Positions 42,112-54,327 of a stretch of 64,000 bases of DNA are shown piece by piece. Every line of letters starts with the position of its first letter. The stretch's first letter is position 1. Origin of the DNA: Bdellovibrionales bacterium (GTDB lineage Bacteria; Bdellovibrionota; Bdellovibrionia; Bdellovibrionales; UBA1609); the NCBI GenBank assembly GCA_965261545.1, contig CBDHDF010000007.1:192001-256000 (forward strand). Reading direction: 5' to 3'. The translations under genes were made by a program, and so were the position numbers. The notes under the pieces are model-generated. The model saw only the letters and a list, made by a program, of their open reading frames with translations, was not told the DNA's origin and made no database searches.

Positions 42112-43779
42112 CTACTTTCTCGTATAGTTCATAACGGCGACAAGACCTAAGAAACAGGCAAGACCGTAGCCGATGGCACTAAATAAAGGGAGGCTAAAAA
42201 ACATGGGACCTTTATCGAAAATAAGAATAAGAGAAGAACTTAAAAGAAGGCTTCCAATGATAAGACCTAAAAAGAGAAGATTGGAAGAAAGCTCAATGGC
42301 TCGCTTTATGTCGTTGAGTCTTTGAATCTCCACTTCAAAAGAAAAATCCGGACTGTTCATTCGGCGCAAGAACTGTTTAAGCTGTCTTGGCAAAGATAAT
42401 ATAAGGGAGTTGAAATCGCGCATGGCGATACCAGTTTCGTGAATCAATTTCTTTGGCGAATACCGCGCTTTGAGTAGTGTTTCGGAGGCAAACTCAACGG
42501 AGTAAGATAAAAAATCAAAATCCTTAAGAATGAGTTTTCCCATGGCCTCCATATCCATAATGGATTTAAAAAATAAGACAAGTTCTGAAGGAAGAAGAAT
42601 TTGGTGTCTGGAGGCAATGGATGTTGAGTCCATAAGAACTTTTCCCGCATCGATATGTTCGCTTGTCAACCCGTGGTAGGGAGAAATGAGATCCCGAAGC
42701 TCTCTGGTGAGACGGTGGACATCGACTTGACTTGTGTAGGGTGCCAGATCTACATATTCATAGGCCAACCGCTCATAGTCTTCTTGAGCTAAAGCCATGA
42801 GCATGGAAATAATGGAACTTTGAGTCCTTGGGTCCAGCCTTCCAACAGCGCCAAAATCCACGAGACCAATACGATTATTAGAAAGGAGGAGGATATTTCC
42901 AGCATGAAGATCGCCATGAAAAAGTCCATCTTTAAAAACCATTTGCATGTAACAGAGAAGACCGATCTTGAGAATTTCTTCGCGGTGGATGCTCTGGTCA
43001 TCAAAAGCCTCTTTGTGACTTAGAGGAATACCTTCCAGCCTTTCCATCACGAGAACCTGTGAGCCCGAGTGCTCACTATAAACCCTTGGAATTTTGACTT
43101 GGTGGTTATCGACAAAGTTGGCTTGAAATCGACGAATGTTGTTGGCCTCAACCATAAAGTTGGTTTCCAGAGAGATGGCATTGACGAATTCATCGATAAT
43201 ACCCACGGGGTTGTAAAGACGACTTTCAGGGACATAGCGATGGAGAAGCTTAGCGAGAGTGTAAAGAACTTCTGTGTCTTCTCGGATGAAACGATCGACC
43301 CCGGGGCGTTGAACTTTGAGAACCACAGGGTCTCCATTGTGTAAAGTGGCTTGGTAGACCTGAGCAATACTTGCAGCTCCAATGGGTATTTCATCGAAAC
43401 TGGAAAAAATGTGAATAATATCTTTTTTAAAATGATCTTTAAGAATAGGCTCCATTTGAGCAAAGGGAACCGCACGGACCTGACCGTGAAGCTTTATAAA
43501 TTCTTCGGCAAGCTCCTTGGGAATAAGGTCAGGTCTCTTTGCAATCCATTGACCTAGTTTAATAAACACAGGTCCCAATTGCTCAAAGGACATGCGCAAT
43601 CGCTCGGCAACGGTGTACTGGTTTAAGTTCGTGGAGGGAAGAAGTTTGTCAGGGACAAAGCGTCCCAGATTGGCTCTTTGCACAAGATTTTCAAATCCAT
43701 GCTTAGCAAAGACTCGAACAATTTTTTGAAGTCGTGCAGCACTTTTTAAAGGGCTCCCTCTTTTGTTTAGAATAAGCAC
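42112..43779 (-). CDS. ABC1/UbiB-family atypical kinase
   Basis: LGPVFIKLGQ, GAASIAQVYQA, KVQRPG, FHGDLHAGN, VDFG; two C-terminal TM helices. Confidence 0.93.
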   Translation of the reverse strand: MLILNKRGSPLKSAARLQKIVRVFAKHGFENLVQRANLGRFVPDKLLPSTNLNQYTVAERLRMSFEQLGPVFIKLGQWIAKRPDLIPKELAEEFIKLHGQVRAVPFAQMEPILKDHFKKDIIHIFSSFDEIPIGAASIAQVYQATLHNGDPVVLKVQRPGVDRFIREDTEVLYTLAKLLHRYVPESRLYNPVGIIDEFVNAISLETNFMVEANNIRRFQANFVDNHQVKIPRVYSEHSGSQVLVMERLEGIPLSHKEAFDDQSIHREEILKIGLLCYMQMVFKDGLFHGDLHAGNILLLSNNRIGLVDFGAVGRLDPRTQSSIISMLMALAQEDYERLAYEYVDLAPYTSQVDVHRLTRELRDLISPYHGLTSEHIDAGKVLMDSTSIASRHQILLPSELVLFFKSIMDMEAMGKLILKDFDFLSYSVEFASETLLKARYSPKKLIHETGIAMRDFNSLILSLPRQLKQFLRRMNSPDFSFEVEIQRLNDIKRAIELSSNLLFLGLIIGSLLLSSSLILIFDKGPMFFSLPLFSAIGYGLACFLGLVAVMNYTRK

Positions 43780-43797
43780 GAGATTGTTCTCCTCAGG

Positions 43798-45921
43798 CTA
43801 GCAAGGAATAAAATCAATTTTTCCGGCTTCATGGTTAATAGCCACCACTTGAATTCTCATTAAATCGCCAATGTGATAGGTTTGCCCAGAAATGGAGCCT
43901 ACAAGAGAGAGGTTCTTTTCGTCAAACCTATAACGATCTCCTGGCAAATCCTCGATTTTAACGAGGCCATCCACATCAAAGGTGCGCAAGAGGACAAAGA
44001 CTCCAAATTTTGTCACAGAGCTTATAAAACCGTCAAACTCCCGGCCTATGTGGTTCTCCATGAACCGAGCTTTTTTGATGGAAACAATTCGACGCTCGGC
44101 ATAGGAGGACCTTTGTTCGCAGGCACTGAGCCAAACTCCCGCCTTCTGAATATCTTTCTTTCCTAGAGGGGAGTATCCTTGGGGAGAGTCGCCCCGGTCC
44201 CCCTGGGGAAGACAAATGGCTTTGAGAAGCCGGTGAATTATGAGATCGGGGTAGCGCCGTATGGGAGATGTAAAGTGGGTGTAATCTTTGAAAGCAAGAC
44301 CAAAGTGCCCAATATTTTCTTCTGTGTACTGGGCCTGATTCATGGCTCTCAGGGTGAGAATATTTAAGATAGCCTGCTGAGGTGTCCCCTCAAATTCTTC
44401 AAGGGCCAGAGAAATCTTTTTCTGAAGTTTGCCTCCACTGAGTTTTTTTTGAAACCCAAATTGTTGCAAATAGACTTCAAGCTTTTTAATAAGCAGAGGA
44501 TCCGGTGCCCCATGGGTTCGGTAAATCGTGGGAATTTTTTTGTTTGAAAAGACTTGAGCCACAGCCACGTTGGCCGCCAACATAAGCTCTTCAATCAATT
44601 GATGGGCAAAAATTCGATCAGCCCTCAAGATATCTTGAACAAGGCCCGCAGAATCTACCTTGACTTCAGTTTCAGGAATCTCAAGCTGGAGAGAGCCCTC
44701 GTTGAATCTTTTTTTCATGAGAACCTTGGCGAGGTCACTAGCTTGCTTAATGACATCAAAGACATGACGGAGCTTATGGGGGCCATGTCCATCGAGAACC
44801 TCTTGGGCTTCTCCGTAGGTAACTCGCCCGTGACTGCAAATAACAGCTTCGTAAAACTGGGAACTTTTCATATTTCCATAAAAGTCAAATGTCATTTCGG
44901 CAACCATGACCAGGCGATCCACACGGGGCTTAAGGGAGCAAAGCTCATTGCTTAGAACTTCAGGGAGCATGGGATGGCAGAAATTGGGGAAGTAAGTACT
45001 CGTTCCCCGGTCGTAGGCATCACGATCTATGGCTGAGTTCACTTTGACATAGTGGCTGACATCGGCAATGGCCACCCAAAGATGAAATCCCGACTTTTCC
45101 GTTTGTATATAAATGGCGTCATCAAAGTCCTTGGCCGTTTGACCATCAATGGTGATAAAGGCTTTATCTTTGAGATTCACCCTGGACTTCTTATCACTCT
45201 CCGAAACTTCATTGGAAAAGGTCTTGACCTCCTTCATAGTCTCTGGAGAAAACTCCAAGGGAATTTGATGACTGATGAGAACCCTCAAATTATCGTTGCC
45301 GGGGTTCATACCGTCGCCAATGATTTTTTCAAGTTTTCCCTGAAAGCCCTTGGGGTCTTGGGGGTAGGAGGTGATCTTGACAGTCACCCAGTCACCTGTT
45401 TGTATCTTCACTCCCCCGATTCCACCGCTGCCCCCAACTCTCTCAACTCCCTTCGCTCCCTCTAAAGACTCTAAAGAAACGAGGAGGTCTTCCCCCCAAC
45501 TGTGGCTTTCATCACGAATATAAGCTCTATTTCCATGGATTTCGTCAAGGGGGCCCATGATCTGTATGATGGCCCTTTGAATCAATCCAAGGATTTTGCC
45601 TCGAAAGCGATTTCCGTGGCGTTCCGGATAGATTTCTGCCTCCACACGATCATTGGACATAAGACCCACCATGTGGTGCTTAGAAATATAAGCATCGGGT
45701 TGAAGGGGGTCATCGGGAATAAAAAAACCAAAGCCATCGGGGTGTCGTTTGACGATACCCGCTGACTTTGCAGAACTTCTTTTCTTGAAGGGTTTTTTTG
45801 TCTTTCTGTTTGATATCTTTTCTTTTAATGCTTTTCTGGAAGTTCCTGAAGGCTTTGCGGAAGGTCTTGAAGTTTTTGTGGAAGATCTTGAAGCCTTTGC
45901 GGAATCTCTTGAAGAACCCAT
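43798..45921 (-). CDS. rnr: Ribonuclease R
   Basis: HPDGFGF, ITIDGQTAKDFDDA, AIADVS, HFTSPIRRYPDL, C-terminal S1 domain. Confidence 0.96.
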   Translation of the reverse strand: MGSSRDSAKASRSSTKTSRPSAKPSGTSRKALKEKISNRKTKKPFKKRSSAKSAGIVKRHPDGFGFFIPDDPLQPDAYISKHHMVGLMSNDRVEAEIYPERHGNRFRGKILGLIQRAIIQIMGPLDEIHGNRAYIRDESHSWGEDLLVSLESLEGAKGVERVGGSGGIGGVKIQTGDWVTVKITSYPQDPKGFQGKLEKIIGDGMNPGNDNLRVLISHQIPLEFSPETMKEVKTFSNEVSESDKKSRVNLKDKAFITIDGQTAKDFDDAIYIQTEKSGFHLWVAIADVSHYVKVNSAIDRDAYDRGTSTYFPNFCHPMLPEVLSNELCSLKPRVDRLVMVAEMTFDFYGNMKSSQFYEAVICSHGRVTYGEAQEVLDGHGPHKLRHVFDVIKQASDLAKVLMKKRFNEGSLQLEIPETEVKVDSAGLVQDILRADRIFAHQLIEELMLAANVAVAQVFSNKKIPTIYRTHGAPDPLLIKKLEVYLQQFGFQKKLSGGKLQKKISLALEEFEGTPQQAILNILTLRAMNQAQYTEENIGHFGLAFKDYTHFTSPIRRYPDLIIHRLLKAICLPQGDRGDSPQGYSPLGKKDIQKAGVWLSACEQRSSYAERRIVSIKKARFMENHIGREFDGFISSVTKFGVFVLLRTFDVDGLVKIEDLPGDRYRFDEKNLSLVGSISGQTYHIGDLMRIQVVAINHEAGKIDFIPC

Positions 45922-46865
45922 TAGGCAAGGCCAATATCTCGCAGACGTTCCTTAAGGAAGTCATTGGCGAGAATATCGTTATACTTAGTTTCATTTCCAC
46001 GGCAGCTAGGAATACATCTTAGAAGAGCCTCGGGGCGGGGGTGAATAAAAAAGGGCATGGAGTAGCGGCTGCAATTTTGTCCATCTTGGGGGTTGACAAC
46101 TCTGTGAGTTGTGGAAGGGATCACTTCGTTGCAAATACGGGACAACATATCTCCTGCATCCACAATAAGGTTGTTGGCAGAGGTTTCCACGGCGAGCCAC
46201 TTCCCACTTCGATCCAGTAGTTCCAACCCTGAAGAAGAGGCGCTGACAAGAAGAGTGATGAGGTTGATATCTTCGTGGGCGGCGGCGCGTATACAGTGGG
46301 GGTCTTGGCCCTCTTGGATAGGGGGGTAGTGAAGAAGCCTTAGAATGGAGTCGCTCCCTAGGGTCAGCTCCGAAAAATACTCTTTTGGAAGCTCTAGGGC
46401 CGGGGAGAGGCTTTCAAGTATGGTTCGTCCCACATTGTCCAATTTTTTATAGAACTGGGTCATCTTGGTTTCAAAATCCTGTGGCTCCACAGGCCAAATA
46501 TTTTTATGGAAATGATGGGACGTCGGTTCAACCTGGCCCACATGCCAAAATTCCTTGAGGTCGGGGTGGGGGTTATCCTTGGCATGCTCTGTCCCAAAGG
46601 GGGTGTAACCCCTTTGAATCCCTTGACTCAAAATATACTTCTTTTTGGTCTCCTCGGGGAGTTGAAAGAACCCTTCACTCAGTTCATAGCATTTCTTGAT
46701 AAGCTCTATCTCAATGAAATGGTCTTTAAGGATAATAAACCCAAAGTACTTTAGACCTTCAAACAAGTCTACAGTGAATTCCTTTTGTTGTTCCTCGGAA
46801 CCGTGAGTGTATTGTTTTAAGCTGAGTTCTGGGACTTTTTCCCAGCGAGAAGCTCTATTTGTCAT
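45921..46865 (-). CDS. 2OG-Fe(II) oxygenase (isopenicillin N synthase-like)
   Basis: LRLLHYP, AAHEDINLITLL (HxD), STTHRV, RYSMPFF. Confidence 0.92.
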   Translation of the reverse strand: MTNRASRWEKVPELSLKQYTHGSEEQQKEFTVDLFEGLKYFGFIILKDHFIEIELIKKCYELSEGFFQLPEETKKKYILSQGIQRGYTPFGTEHAKDNPHPDLKEFWHVGQVEPTSHHFHKNIWPVEPQDFETKMTQFYKKLDNVGRTILESLSPALELPKEYFSELTLGSDSILRLLHYPPIQEGQDPHCIRAAAHEDINLITLLVSASSSGLELLDRSGKWLAVETSANNLIVDAGDMLSRICNEVIPSTTHRVVNPQDGQNCSRYSMPFFIHPRPEALLRCIPSCRGNETKYNDILANDFLKERLRDIGLA

Positions 46866-46988
46866 GGAGAAGGATTATTCCTTGAGAAAGGATGGAGTGC
46901 AAGGGTTACGGCAGTGCAGAAGAACCCTATACCGAGGACACGCCCTAGGTTACCCTAGGTTAGGTGTTATAGGGGAAAGGGGTGGGAT

Positions 46989-47558
46989 ATGAAAAGTTTG
47001 TTTCTTCAAACGGAATTTATGTATGATGGAAGTCAACTTCGGTCCCTTTACGCCTATTCGGAGCATGGTGTTCTGGGAGATTCCATCATCTCATGGATTG
47101 GCCCCTGTGAGGTTAATTCCTCTCATATGGTCGATGTGGAGGACCTTCGAACTCGATGCGAAATTCGAGGCCATCGGATGCTCCATTTCATTTTGGAAAA
47201 ATTTGACATTCCTTTGAGCACGGCCGTGGCTTACCAAAGACTTATGGGGAGCCTGACCGTAGATATTTTAAGAATACTAAGTCCTCAAAAAGAAGAAACT
47301 CAGAACCTTTGCCGAAGGGGAGATGATATCTACTTAGGAAAAAAAAAGCTCAATATTAGCATTGCCACCCAAAGTCCGGTGTCCTCCCTCGTTCACTTTG
47401 CTGTAAATATTTCCAACGAAGGAACCCCCGTGGAGACCCTTTCTTTGGAAGATCTTGACGTCTCCACCATTCCATTTAAAAATCAACTCCTCAAAGTCAC
47501 TTGTGCCGAGGTGGAATCTATCCATAGGGCCACTCAAAAAGTGAAGTGGGTTCCATAG
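46989..47558 (+). CDS. DUF366-family protein
   Basis: YDGSQLR, MVDVED, MLHFILE, RRGDDIY...KLNISIAT. Confidence 0.75.
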   Translation: MKSLFLQTEFMYDGSQLRSLYAYSEHGVLGDSIISWIGPCEVNSSHMVDVEDLRTRCEIRGHRMLHFILEKFDIPLSTAVAYQRLMGSLTVDILRILSPQKEETQNLCRRGDDIYLGKKKLNISIATQSPVSSLVHFAVNISNEGTPVETLSLEDLDVSTIPFKNQLLKVTCAEVESIHRATQKVKWVP

Positions 47559-47637
47559 GCCAGCATATTGGTGACATATATCTGAATTGACCTTCGTGCT
47601 ATGAGCCATTACCCTCATTATCTATATATGCCCCCCC

Positions 47638-49509
47638 ATGATACTACCTATACCTATGACGAGGAAATTTATGACAACAAATATGACAACAAAAGAGTCG
47701 CTTGAAGAAAAGACAAAACCATTTGTGACCGCACAAAAGCGAACCCATAACTGTGGGGAGCTAAACATTGACAATAGGGGCAACGAGGTCGTTCTCATGG
47801 GATGGGTGGACTCCCGTCGTGACCATGGGGGCCTTGTTTTTATTGATTTAAGGGATCGCTACGGCTTGGTGCAAGTGGTGATTAACCCTGAAGAGCTTCT
47901 CCAAATGAAAAGTGTGCGCAACGAATTTGTGTTGGCACTGAAGGGAGTGGTCCAGAAACGCCCTGATGGAATGAGCAACGAAAAAATTTCCACGGGGTCC
48001 ATCGAGGTGGTCGCCATTCAAACAGAAATATTGTCCGAAGCCAAAGCCCCTCCTCTTCAAATTGGTGACCCCAAGGTGGCCGAGTCCCTTCGCCTCAAGT
48101 ATCGTTATTTGGATCTGCGCTCCCCTGAACTACAGTCTAATTTAATAACTCGCAGCAGGGTTGTTCGCTATGTCCGTGAAGAGTTGCACAACCACCAATT
48201 TTTAGAAGTCGAAACCCCGGTGCTCTACAAGAGCACTCCCGAGGGGGCCAGAGATTATTTGGTTCCCTCTCGGGTTCACCAAGGAGAGTTTTATGCTCTT
48301 CCCCAGTCTCCCCAAACTTTAAAACAGCTTTTAATGATTGGCGGTATGGATCGCTATTTTCAAATTGTGAAATGCTTTCGCGATGAGGACTTAAGATCTG
48401 ATCGACAACCAGAGTTTAGTCAAATTGACATAGAAATGAGCTTTGTCGATAGCGACGATGTTTTTGATATCAGCGAAAGACTGGTTCGCCGCCTTTGGAA
48501 AGAAATAAAATCAGTGGATGTAGAAGAGTTTCCAAGAATTTCATTTCAAGAAGCCATGGATCGCTTTGGCTGTGACAAGCCCGACCTTCGCATTCCCTGG
48601 GAGATCAAAAATCTGTCTGAAGTGGTCAGGGGCTGTGGCTTTAAGGTTTTTGAGGATGTGGTGGCCCGTGGAGAAAGCGTTCGAGGCTTAGCGGTGCCCT
48701 CCATAAGCATTTATTCGAGAAAGCAGTGGGATCAACTGACGGAAAAGGCCCGGCATATGGGCTCCAAGGGTCTTGTGTGGATAAAGATGGATGAAGAAGG
48801 GAAGGTGGCATCTCCCATTGCTAAATTTATAAATGCCCATCATCTTCTAAAAATATTTGAAGCCGCAGGGGGTGAAAAGGGTGGAGGTGTGCTCATTGTG
48901 GCCGATACCTTTGACATTTGTTGTGCTGCTTTGTCATCCCTGCGTTTGCACCTTGCCGAGGCGTTAAAGGAAGATATTAAAACCATAGACACAAGCCGAG
49001 ACAGATTTGCGTGGGTCACAGATTTTCCGTTGCTGGAATATTCAACTGAAGAGAGACGCTGGGCGGCTAAGCATCACCCTTTTACACAGCCCCATGACGA
49101 GGACCTAGAAGACTTCTTGTCCGATCAAGCTTACTTAACCAAAGCGAAAGCAAAAGCTTATGACTTGGTCTGCAATGGCCATGAGATTGCGGGGGGAAGC
49201 ATTCGTATTCATCGCCAAGAGGTTCAAAAGATGATGTTTCATGCCCTGGGATTTTCAGAGAAGGAACGAGAAAGCAAGTTTGGGTTTTTCTTGGAGGCTC
49301 TGGAGTATGGAACTCCGCCCCATGGCGGCATTGCCTGGGGATTGGATCGTCTCGTGATGCTACTTTGTGAGACAGACGCTATTCGAGATGTCATTGCCTT
49401 TCCCAAGACAACCAAGGCCACATGCCTTATGTCAAAGGCCCCAAGTGCCGTGGACCCAGATCAACTCACCGAGTTGGGTCTTCGTCTTGCTCCCTCCGGT
49501 TACAAGTAG
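47638..49509 (+). CDS. aspS: Aspartate--tRNA ligase
   Basis: [52 protein letters not shown]. Confidence 0.98.
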   Translation: MILPIPMTRKFMTTNMTTKESLEEKTKPFVTAQKRTHNCGELNIDNRGNEVVLMGWVDSRRDHGGLVFIDLRDRYGLVQVVINPEELLQMKSVRNEFVLALKGVVQKRPDGMSNEKISTGSIEVVAIQTEILSEAKAPPLQIGDPKVAESLRLKYRYLDLRSPELQSNLITRSRVVRYVREELHNHQFLEVETPVLYKSTPEGARDYLVPSRVHQGEFYALPQSPQTLKQLLMIGGMDRYFQIVKCFRDEDLRSDRQPEFSQIDIEMSFVDSDDVFDISERLVRRLWKEIKSVDVEEFPRISFQEAMDRFGCDKPDLRIPWEIKNLSEVVRGCGFKVFEDVVARGESVRGLAVPSISIYSRKQWDQLTEKARHMGSKGLVWIKMDEEGKVASPIAKFINAHHLLKIFEAAGGEKGGGVLIVADTFDICCAALSSLRLHLAEALKEDIKTIDTSRDRFAWVTDFPLLEYSTEERRWAAKHHPFTQPHDEDLEDFLSDQAYLTKAKAKAYDLVCNGHEIAGGSIRIHRQEVQKMMFHALGFSEKERESKFGFFLEALEYGTPPHGGIAWGLDRLVMLLCETDAIRDVIAFPKTTKATCLMSKAPSAVDPDQLTELGLRLAPSGYK

Positions 49510-49653
49510 GTTTGAGTTCCTTAATAATGCAATGCGACATCCCCTTGGAACATAACTTCATAACTGATTGTCGAGATGTCTTATTAGATGATAGATTGAC
49601 AATGAGAGTTTATTGCAGTGTTGCGGCACTGCAACACACGAAGGAGTTACTTT

Positions 49654-50484
49654 ATGCACTATGTTGTCCTGACTATTTTACTGTGTCTCATATCAGCGTC
49701 GCTTTCAATAGGGCTCCATGCTCAAACTCTAGCCACGGCGGGGAAAAAGAAAATTACACTGAAAGACTTTAACCAACGGTACTCCACAGTCAAAAGACAA
49801 GCTATTACCCCCCCTAAGCCAGAAGTTTTTTTAGAGGATCTCATTCGATATGAGATTGGCTTGCAAGAAGCTAAAAAAAGAAATATTCCCCAGGACGCCA
49901 TCGTCAAGCAAAAAGTAAATGAGGCTATTTATCGCGCCTTTATTGAAAAATCCATTAGTTCAGATGTGCAAAAAATCAAAAAAATATCTAAGTCTGATAT
50001 GAAAAAATATTACAAAAACAACCCACATTTGAAAACCAGCCATATACTCATTGAATTTCCACCGGACTCTTCTCCTCAGCAAATAGCCGAGGCAAGGAAA
50101 AGAGCAGAGGATATTTATAAAAAAGTTAAAGAAAGTAAGAGCCCCTTTCATGAGCTTGTTAAACTTTATTCAGATGACACTTTGAGCAAAGAGATTGGTG
50201 GTGATCTTGGCTATCAATCTCGCGTGACTCTTGTGCCCCCCTATTATGAGGCCGCTCTTAAAATGAGACAAAATGCCATTAAGGGACTGATTCGAACGCG
50301 TTATGGATTTCATATCATCAAGCGTACAGGACAACGCAGTTACACTGAAGCTGATAAGAGGCAAATTCGAGCGGCTGTTTTCGATTTAGAAAGAAGAAAA
50401 ATATTTGATAGTTTTTTTAATAATTTAAAAAAGAATTACGAAATCAGCATTAATCAAAGCGAATTAAAGAAAATAAAACAATGA
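49654..50484 (+). CDS. PpiC/parvulin-type peptidyl-prolyl isomerase
   Basis: TSHILI, YSDD..SKEIGGDLG, TRYGFHII; signal peptide; ATG follows AAGGAG. Confidence 0.9.
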   Translation: MHYVVLTILLCLISASLSIGLHAQTLATAGKKKITLKDFNQRYSTVKRQAITPPKPEVFLEDLIRYEIGLQEAKKRNIPQDAIVKQKVNEAIYRAFIEKSISSDVQKIKKISKSDMKKYYKNNPHLKTSHILIEFPPDSSPQQIAEARKRAEDIYKKVKESKSPFHELVKLYSDDTLSKEIGGDLGYQSRVTLVPPYYEAALKMRQNAIKGLIRTRYGFHIIKRTGQRSYTEADKRQIRAAVFDLERRKIFDSFFNNLKKNYEISINQSELKKIKQ

Positions 50485-51485
50485 CACCCCTCTCCTCCAT
50501 ACTTAAGAAGCCCTTATCAGGTTTTTTATTATTAGTTTTTTTACTATTAGGTTTCTTATTTCATACTGCGTGCCAGCCCCATGAGCCTATACTTTCACAC
50601 AAAACTGTTATTAAAGTTAATTCTTCACAATTTTTGGCTCTTGATTTTGCCAAACAGTTGTCTGAAGAATTACGCCCATTTAATGCCTTAGCTGTCAATG
50701 ACCATACAGTTCTCACAAAAACCAAAAAGAGGATTATAGATAATTATATTATTTCATCTATTATCAAAGATTGGGCATTGACTCGCAACATTTCTGTCTC
50801 TAAGCAAGAGGTGGCCGCAAGAACCCGAATGATTCAACGCCAGTATCCCGATGATTTATCCTTTAGAAAGGTGCTTGCTGAGTCAAAAATAGACATAAAG
50901 TCCTGGAGAGAAAATGTGAAAAATTTCTTACTCAAAGAAAAAGTTCACATGAAGCTTTTAAAAAAGATTCCTCCACCCACAAAAGATGAAATGCAATCCT
51001 ATTACAAAGAAAATAAAAATAAATTTAAAACAGAAGCGCAAGTTAGGATACAACAAATTGTTGTTAAAACAAGAGAAAGTGCCGAACAAATAGCGAAGGC
51101 TCTAAGAATTAAGAAAAATCCTGAAAAAATAGCTAAATTATTTTCTATAACACCAGAAGGCCCAAGAGGGGGGTATCTTGGGTGGATAAGCAAAAACTCT
51201 TCTTCTGTTTTTCAATTAGCTTTTGACTTAGAGTTAAAAAAATGGAGTTCCATCATAAAAAGTCCTTTTGGATATCATATATTTCGTGTATTAGATAGAA
51301 GGCCCCCACGAGTGAGACCACTCAGCGATAGTGATGTGAAAAATGAGATTCAACATGCTTTAAGGGAGCACAAAGAGGAAGCCCACTTTGCCTTATGGCT
51401 TAAGAAAGAAATAAGCAAGGCCAGTGTTTACAAAAACGAGGACTTAATCAAAAGCATTCTTGCACAAACTCGAGGAATTCAATGA
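50481..51485 (+). CDS. SurA-N plus PpiC foldase (probable lipoprotein)
   Basis: HTAC lipobox-like sequence; SITPEGPRGGYLG; KSPFGYHIF. Confidence 0.85.
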   Translation: MTPLSSILKKPLSGFLLLVFLLLGFLFHTACQPHEPILSHKTVIKVNSSQFLALDFAKQLSEELRPFNALAVNDHTVLTKTKKRIIDNYIISSIIKDWALTRNISVSKQEVAARTRMIQRQYPDDLSFRKVLAESKIDIKSWRENVKNFLLKEKVHMKLLKKIPPPTKDEMQSYYKENKNKFKTEAQVRIQQIVVKTRESAEQIAKALRIKKNPEKIAKLFSITPEGPRGGYLGWISKNSSSVFQLAFDLELKKWSSIIKSPFGYHIFRVLDRRPPRVRPLSDSDVKNEIQHALREHKEEAHFALWLKKEISKASVYKNEDLIKSILAQTRGIQ

Positions 51486-52465
51486 ATAATTTAGTGAATA
51501 TTTTATGGATCTTTATATTTGCCATTTCGCTTGGGGTTTATCCAAATATTTCTCATGCCGAGGTGGTTGAAGAGGTTTTGGTTGTTGTCAATGGTGAAGC
51601 CATCTTGTTGTCTGATCTTCATAAGCTTAAAAGAAATCTAAAAAATGAGACCCTTGTTTTTGAAGAGGTTTTACAGTTAAAAGACGTCAATAAACTTAAA
51701 AAACAAAAGCAGGCGCAAATCAACCACCTCATTGATACCAAAATTATTGACTCTGAAGTCAAGCGCCAAGGACTCCAAGTGACCACAGAGAAGGTTGAAA
51801 AAGAAATCCAAAAAATCACTCGCTCCAAGGGAATAACTGTTGATGAACTAAAAGGCATACTCCTTCAAAATAATATTCAATTTTCTGAGTATAAAAAATT
51901 TGTTCAACTTAGTATCCCACGCAAAGAACTCATAGAAAAAGAAGTCATATCAAGAATCAAAATTTCTGATGAAGAAATCAGTACTTATTATATTTCCCAA
52001 ACAGGGCAAGGCGAAGGCCAAGTGTTTGAATACAAGTTAGCGCATATCCTTTTTTCTCCCCAAAAGCCAGGTGGACATAAAGCTGCTAAGTCTAGGGCTC
52101 AAAAAGTACATAAGATCTTTCAAAAGAAAAAAAATACTGATTTTGTCCAACTTGCCTCTCAATACAGCGAGGATCCCTATTTTTCCAATGAAGGACTTTT
52201 GGGCCAGTTTACCTCGGAAGATATGCTTCCGACCCTAAAGAAGTCTGTGAGAAATTTACTCGTGGGTGGGGTGTCTGGCGTTGTAAAAACAGGTGCAGGA
52301 TATCACATTGTGAAATTACTAAAAAAAACCCTTGTGGTCGATCCAGAGCTACAGAGACAAAGGGATCAAATTCATAGAATTCTTATGGCCCGTGCCTTCA
52401 AGAGAGAACTTTCTAGATGGATTGAAAGAAAGCGAAAAGAAAGTTTTATCAAAATCAATGAATAA
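51482..52465 (+). CDS. surA: SurA-like chaperone/PPIase
   Basis: EVVEEVLVVVNGEAILLSD, LAHIL, YSEDP...GLLG, GYHIVKL. Confidence 0.75.
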   Translation: MNNLVNILWIFIFAISLGVYPNISHAEVVEEVLVVVNGEAILLSDLHKLKRNLKNETLVFEEVLQLKDVNKLKKQKQAQINHLIDTKIIDSEVKRQGLQVTTEKVEKEIQKITRSKGITVDELKGILLQNNIQFSEYKKFVQLSIPRKELIEKEVISRIKISDEEISTYYISQTGQGEGQVFEYKLAHILFSPQKPGGHKAAKSRAQKVHKIFQKKKNTDFVQLASQYSEDPYFSNEGLLGQFTSEDMLPTLKKSVRNLLVGGVSGVVKTGAGYHIVKLLKKTLVVDPELQRQRDQIHRILMARAFKRELSRWIERKRKESFIKINE

Positions 52466-54272
52466 GCCTAAAAAATCTAAATCTAATAAGTTAATTCGCA
52501 ATATTGCCATTATTGCCCATGTGGACCACGGGAAAACCACCCTTGTGGACCACCTTCTTAAGCAAAGCGGAACTTTCCGTCAAAGCATGGAAGTGGATGA
52601 AAGGCTAATGGATCATATGGATATTGAAAGAGAAAGAGGCATCACCATTGCCGCTAAAAATGCCTCTTTTATCTATAAGGATATTAAAGTCAATATTATA
52701 GACACTCCCGGACACAGTGACTTTGGTGGCGAGGTGGAGCGAATTTTAGATATGGTGGATGGAGCCATTTTGCTGGTGGATGCCAGTGAAGGGCCCCTGC
52801 CTCAAACTCGTTTTGTCCTTGAAAAAGCTTTAAAGAAAAATATTAAAATTATTGTTTGCATCAACAAAGTGGACCGCGCAGACGCTCGCATCAATGAAGT
52901 TCAAGATGAAATATTTGATTTATTTATTGATCTTGATGCCACAGAGGAGCAAGCTGATTTTGACCTTATCTACGCCATTGGAAAAAATGGCATGGCTGGC
53001 ACAGATCCCCATGCATTAAACCAAAATTTAGAGATTCTTTTTGATTGGGTTGTCGAAAAAATTCCACCTCCCCAAGCTGACTCCCAAGGCCCGCTGCAAA
53101 TACTGGTGGTCAATATTGACTACGATGACTATGTGGGCCAACTCGCTATTGGACGCATTCGCTCAGGCTCACTGAGGGTGGGTCAAGAAATCATGTTGTG
53201 CCATAAAGATGGCCATAAAAAAGTGAAAGTAAGTACACTTTTTCAATACTCAGCCAATCAGAAGGTAAAAACAGAAGAACTTCATGCCGGTGATATTGCC
53301 ATTGTCGCTGGCTTTGAAGAAATTTTTATTGGAGATACACTTACAGACGTCCATCACCCCCAGCCCTTGGAGAGGTTGAGGGTGGATGCTCCCACCGTGG
53401 CTGTTGTTATGTCCGTGAACGATTCTCCATTTGCTGGCCTTGAGGGCAAACAGGTGACCAGCCGTCGAATCAAAGAGCGTTTAGAGAAAGAGCTTCTCTA
53501 CAATGTGGCCATTCAAATGAATCCAACAGATAGCACAGACAGTTTTAATATCCTAGGCCGGGGGGAGCTTCAACTCTCTGTTCTTTTTGAACAAATGCGC
53601 CGTGAGGGCTTTGAGTTTCTTGTAAGTAAGCCTCAAATTCTCACCCGTAAAGAAGGTGACCAACTCAAAGAACCCATGGAGTTAGCTGTGGTGGATGTGG
53701 AGCGGGATTATTTGGGAGCCGTGACTCAAAAATTAGGTGAACGCAAAGGAGTTTTACTCAACATTCATCAACGAGGTTCAAAGCGTGTGCGTGCCGAATT
53801 TAAAGTGCCTGCAAGAGGACTCATCGGTTATCGTTCTGAGTTTCTCACAGACACTCGAGGCACAGGTCTTTTAAACACTTCCTTTGATTCCTATGTGGAC
53901 CACCGAGGTGAAATCCAAGGGAGAAGAACAGGCTCTATTATCGCCGATCGCCAGGGAGCTGCAACAGCCTATGCTCTTTTTAACTTAGAAAACCGAGGAG
54001 ATCTTTTTATTTCTCCTGGTACAAAGGTCTATATGGGCATGATTATTGGAGAAGCCAACAAACCCATGGATCTCAATGTGAATGTGTGTCGAGAAAAAAA
54101 ATTGACCAATGTAAGGGCTTCGGGCAGTGATGAGGGCATTAAACTCACCACTCCTCGAAAAATAACCTTGGAGTCTGTCCTTCCTTGGATCAAAGACAAT
54201 GAGCTTATTGAAATCACTCCCCAAAACCTGCGATTGCGCTGCGTAGAACTGAATCCTCACAAGCGAAAATAA
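52458..54272 (+). CDS. typA: Translational GTPase TypA/BipA
   Basis: [49 protein letters not shown]. Confidence 0.97.
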   Translation: MNKPKKSKSNKLIRNIAIIAHVDHGKTTLVDHLLKQSGTFRQSMEVDERLMDHMDIERERGITIAAKNASFIYKDIKVNIIDTPGHSDFGGEVERILDMVDGAILLVDASEGPLPQTRFVLEKALKKNIKIIVCINKVDRADARINEVQDEIFDLFIDLDATEEQADFDLIYAIGKNGMAGTDPHALNQNLEILFDWVVEKIPPPQADSQGPLQILVVNIDYDDYVGQLAIGRIRSGSLRVGQEIMLCHKDGHKKVKVSTLFQYSANQKVKTEELHAGDIAIVAGFEEIFIGDTLTDVHHPQPLERLRVDAPTVAVVMSVNDSPFAGLEGKQVTSRRIKERLEKELLYNVAIQMNPTDSTDSFNILGRGELQLSVLFEQMRREGFEFLVSKPQILTRKEGDQLKEPMELAVVDVERDYLGAVTQKLGERKGVLLNIHQRGSKRVRAEFKVPARGLIGYRSEFLTDTRGTGLLNTSFDSYVDHRGEIQGRRTGSIIADRQGAATAYALFNLENRGDLFISPGTKVYMGMIIGEANKPMDLNVNVCREKKLTNVRASGSDEGIKLTTPRKITLESVLPWIKDNELIEITPQNLRLRCVELNPHKRK

Positions 54273-54327
54273 GAAAATTATAAACCCTCCCACTGGGTCA
54301 AAGGGCCGGTCGGCCAGTGAAAAGACC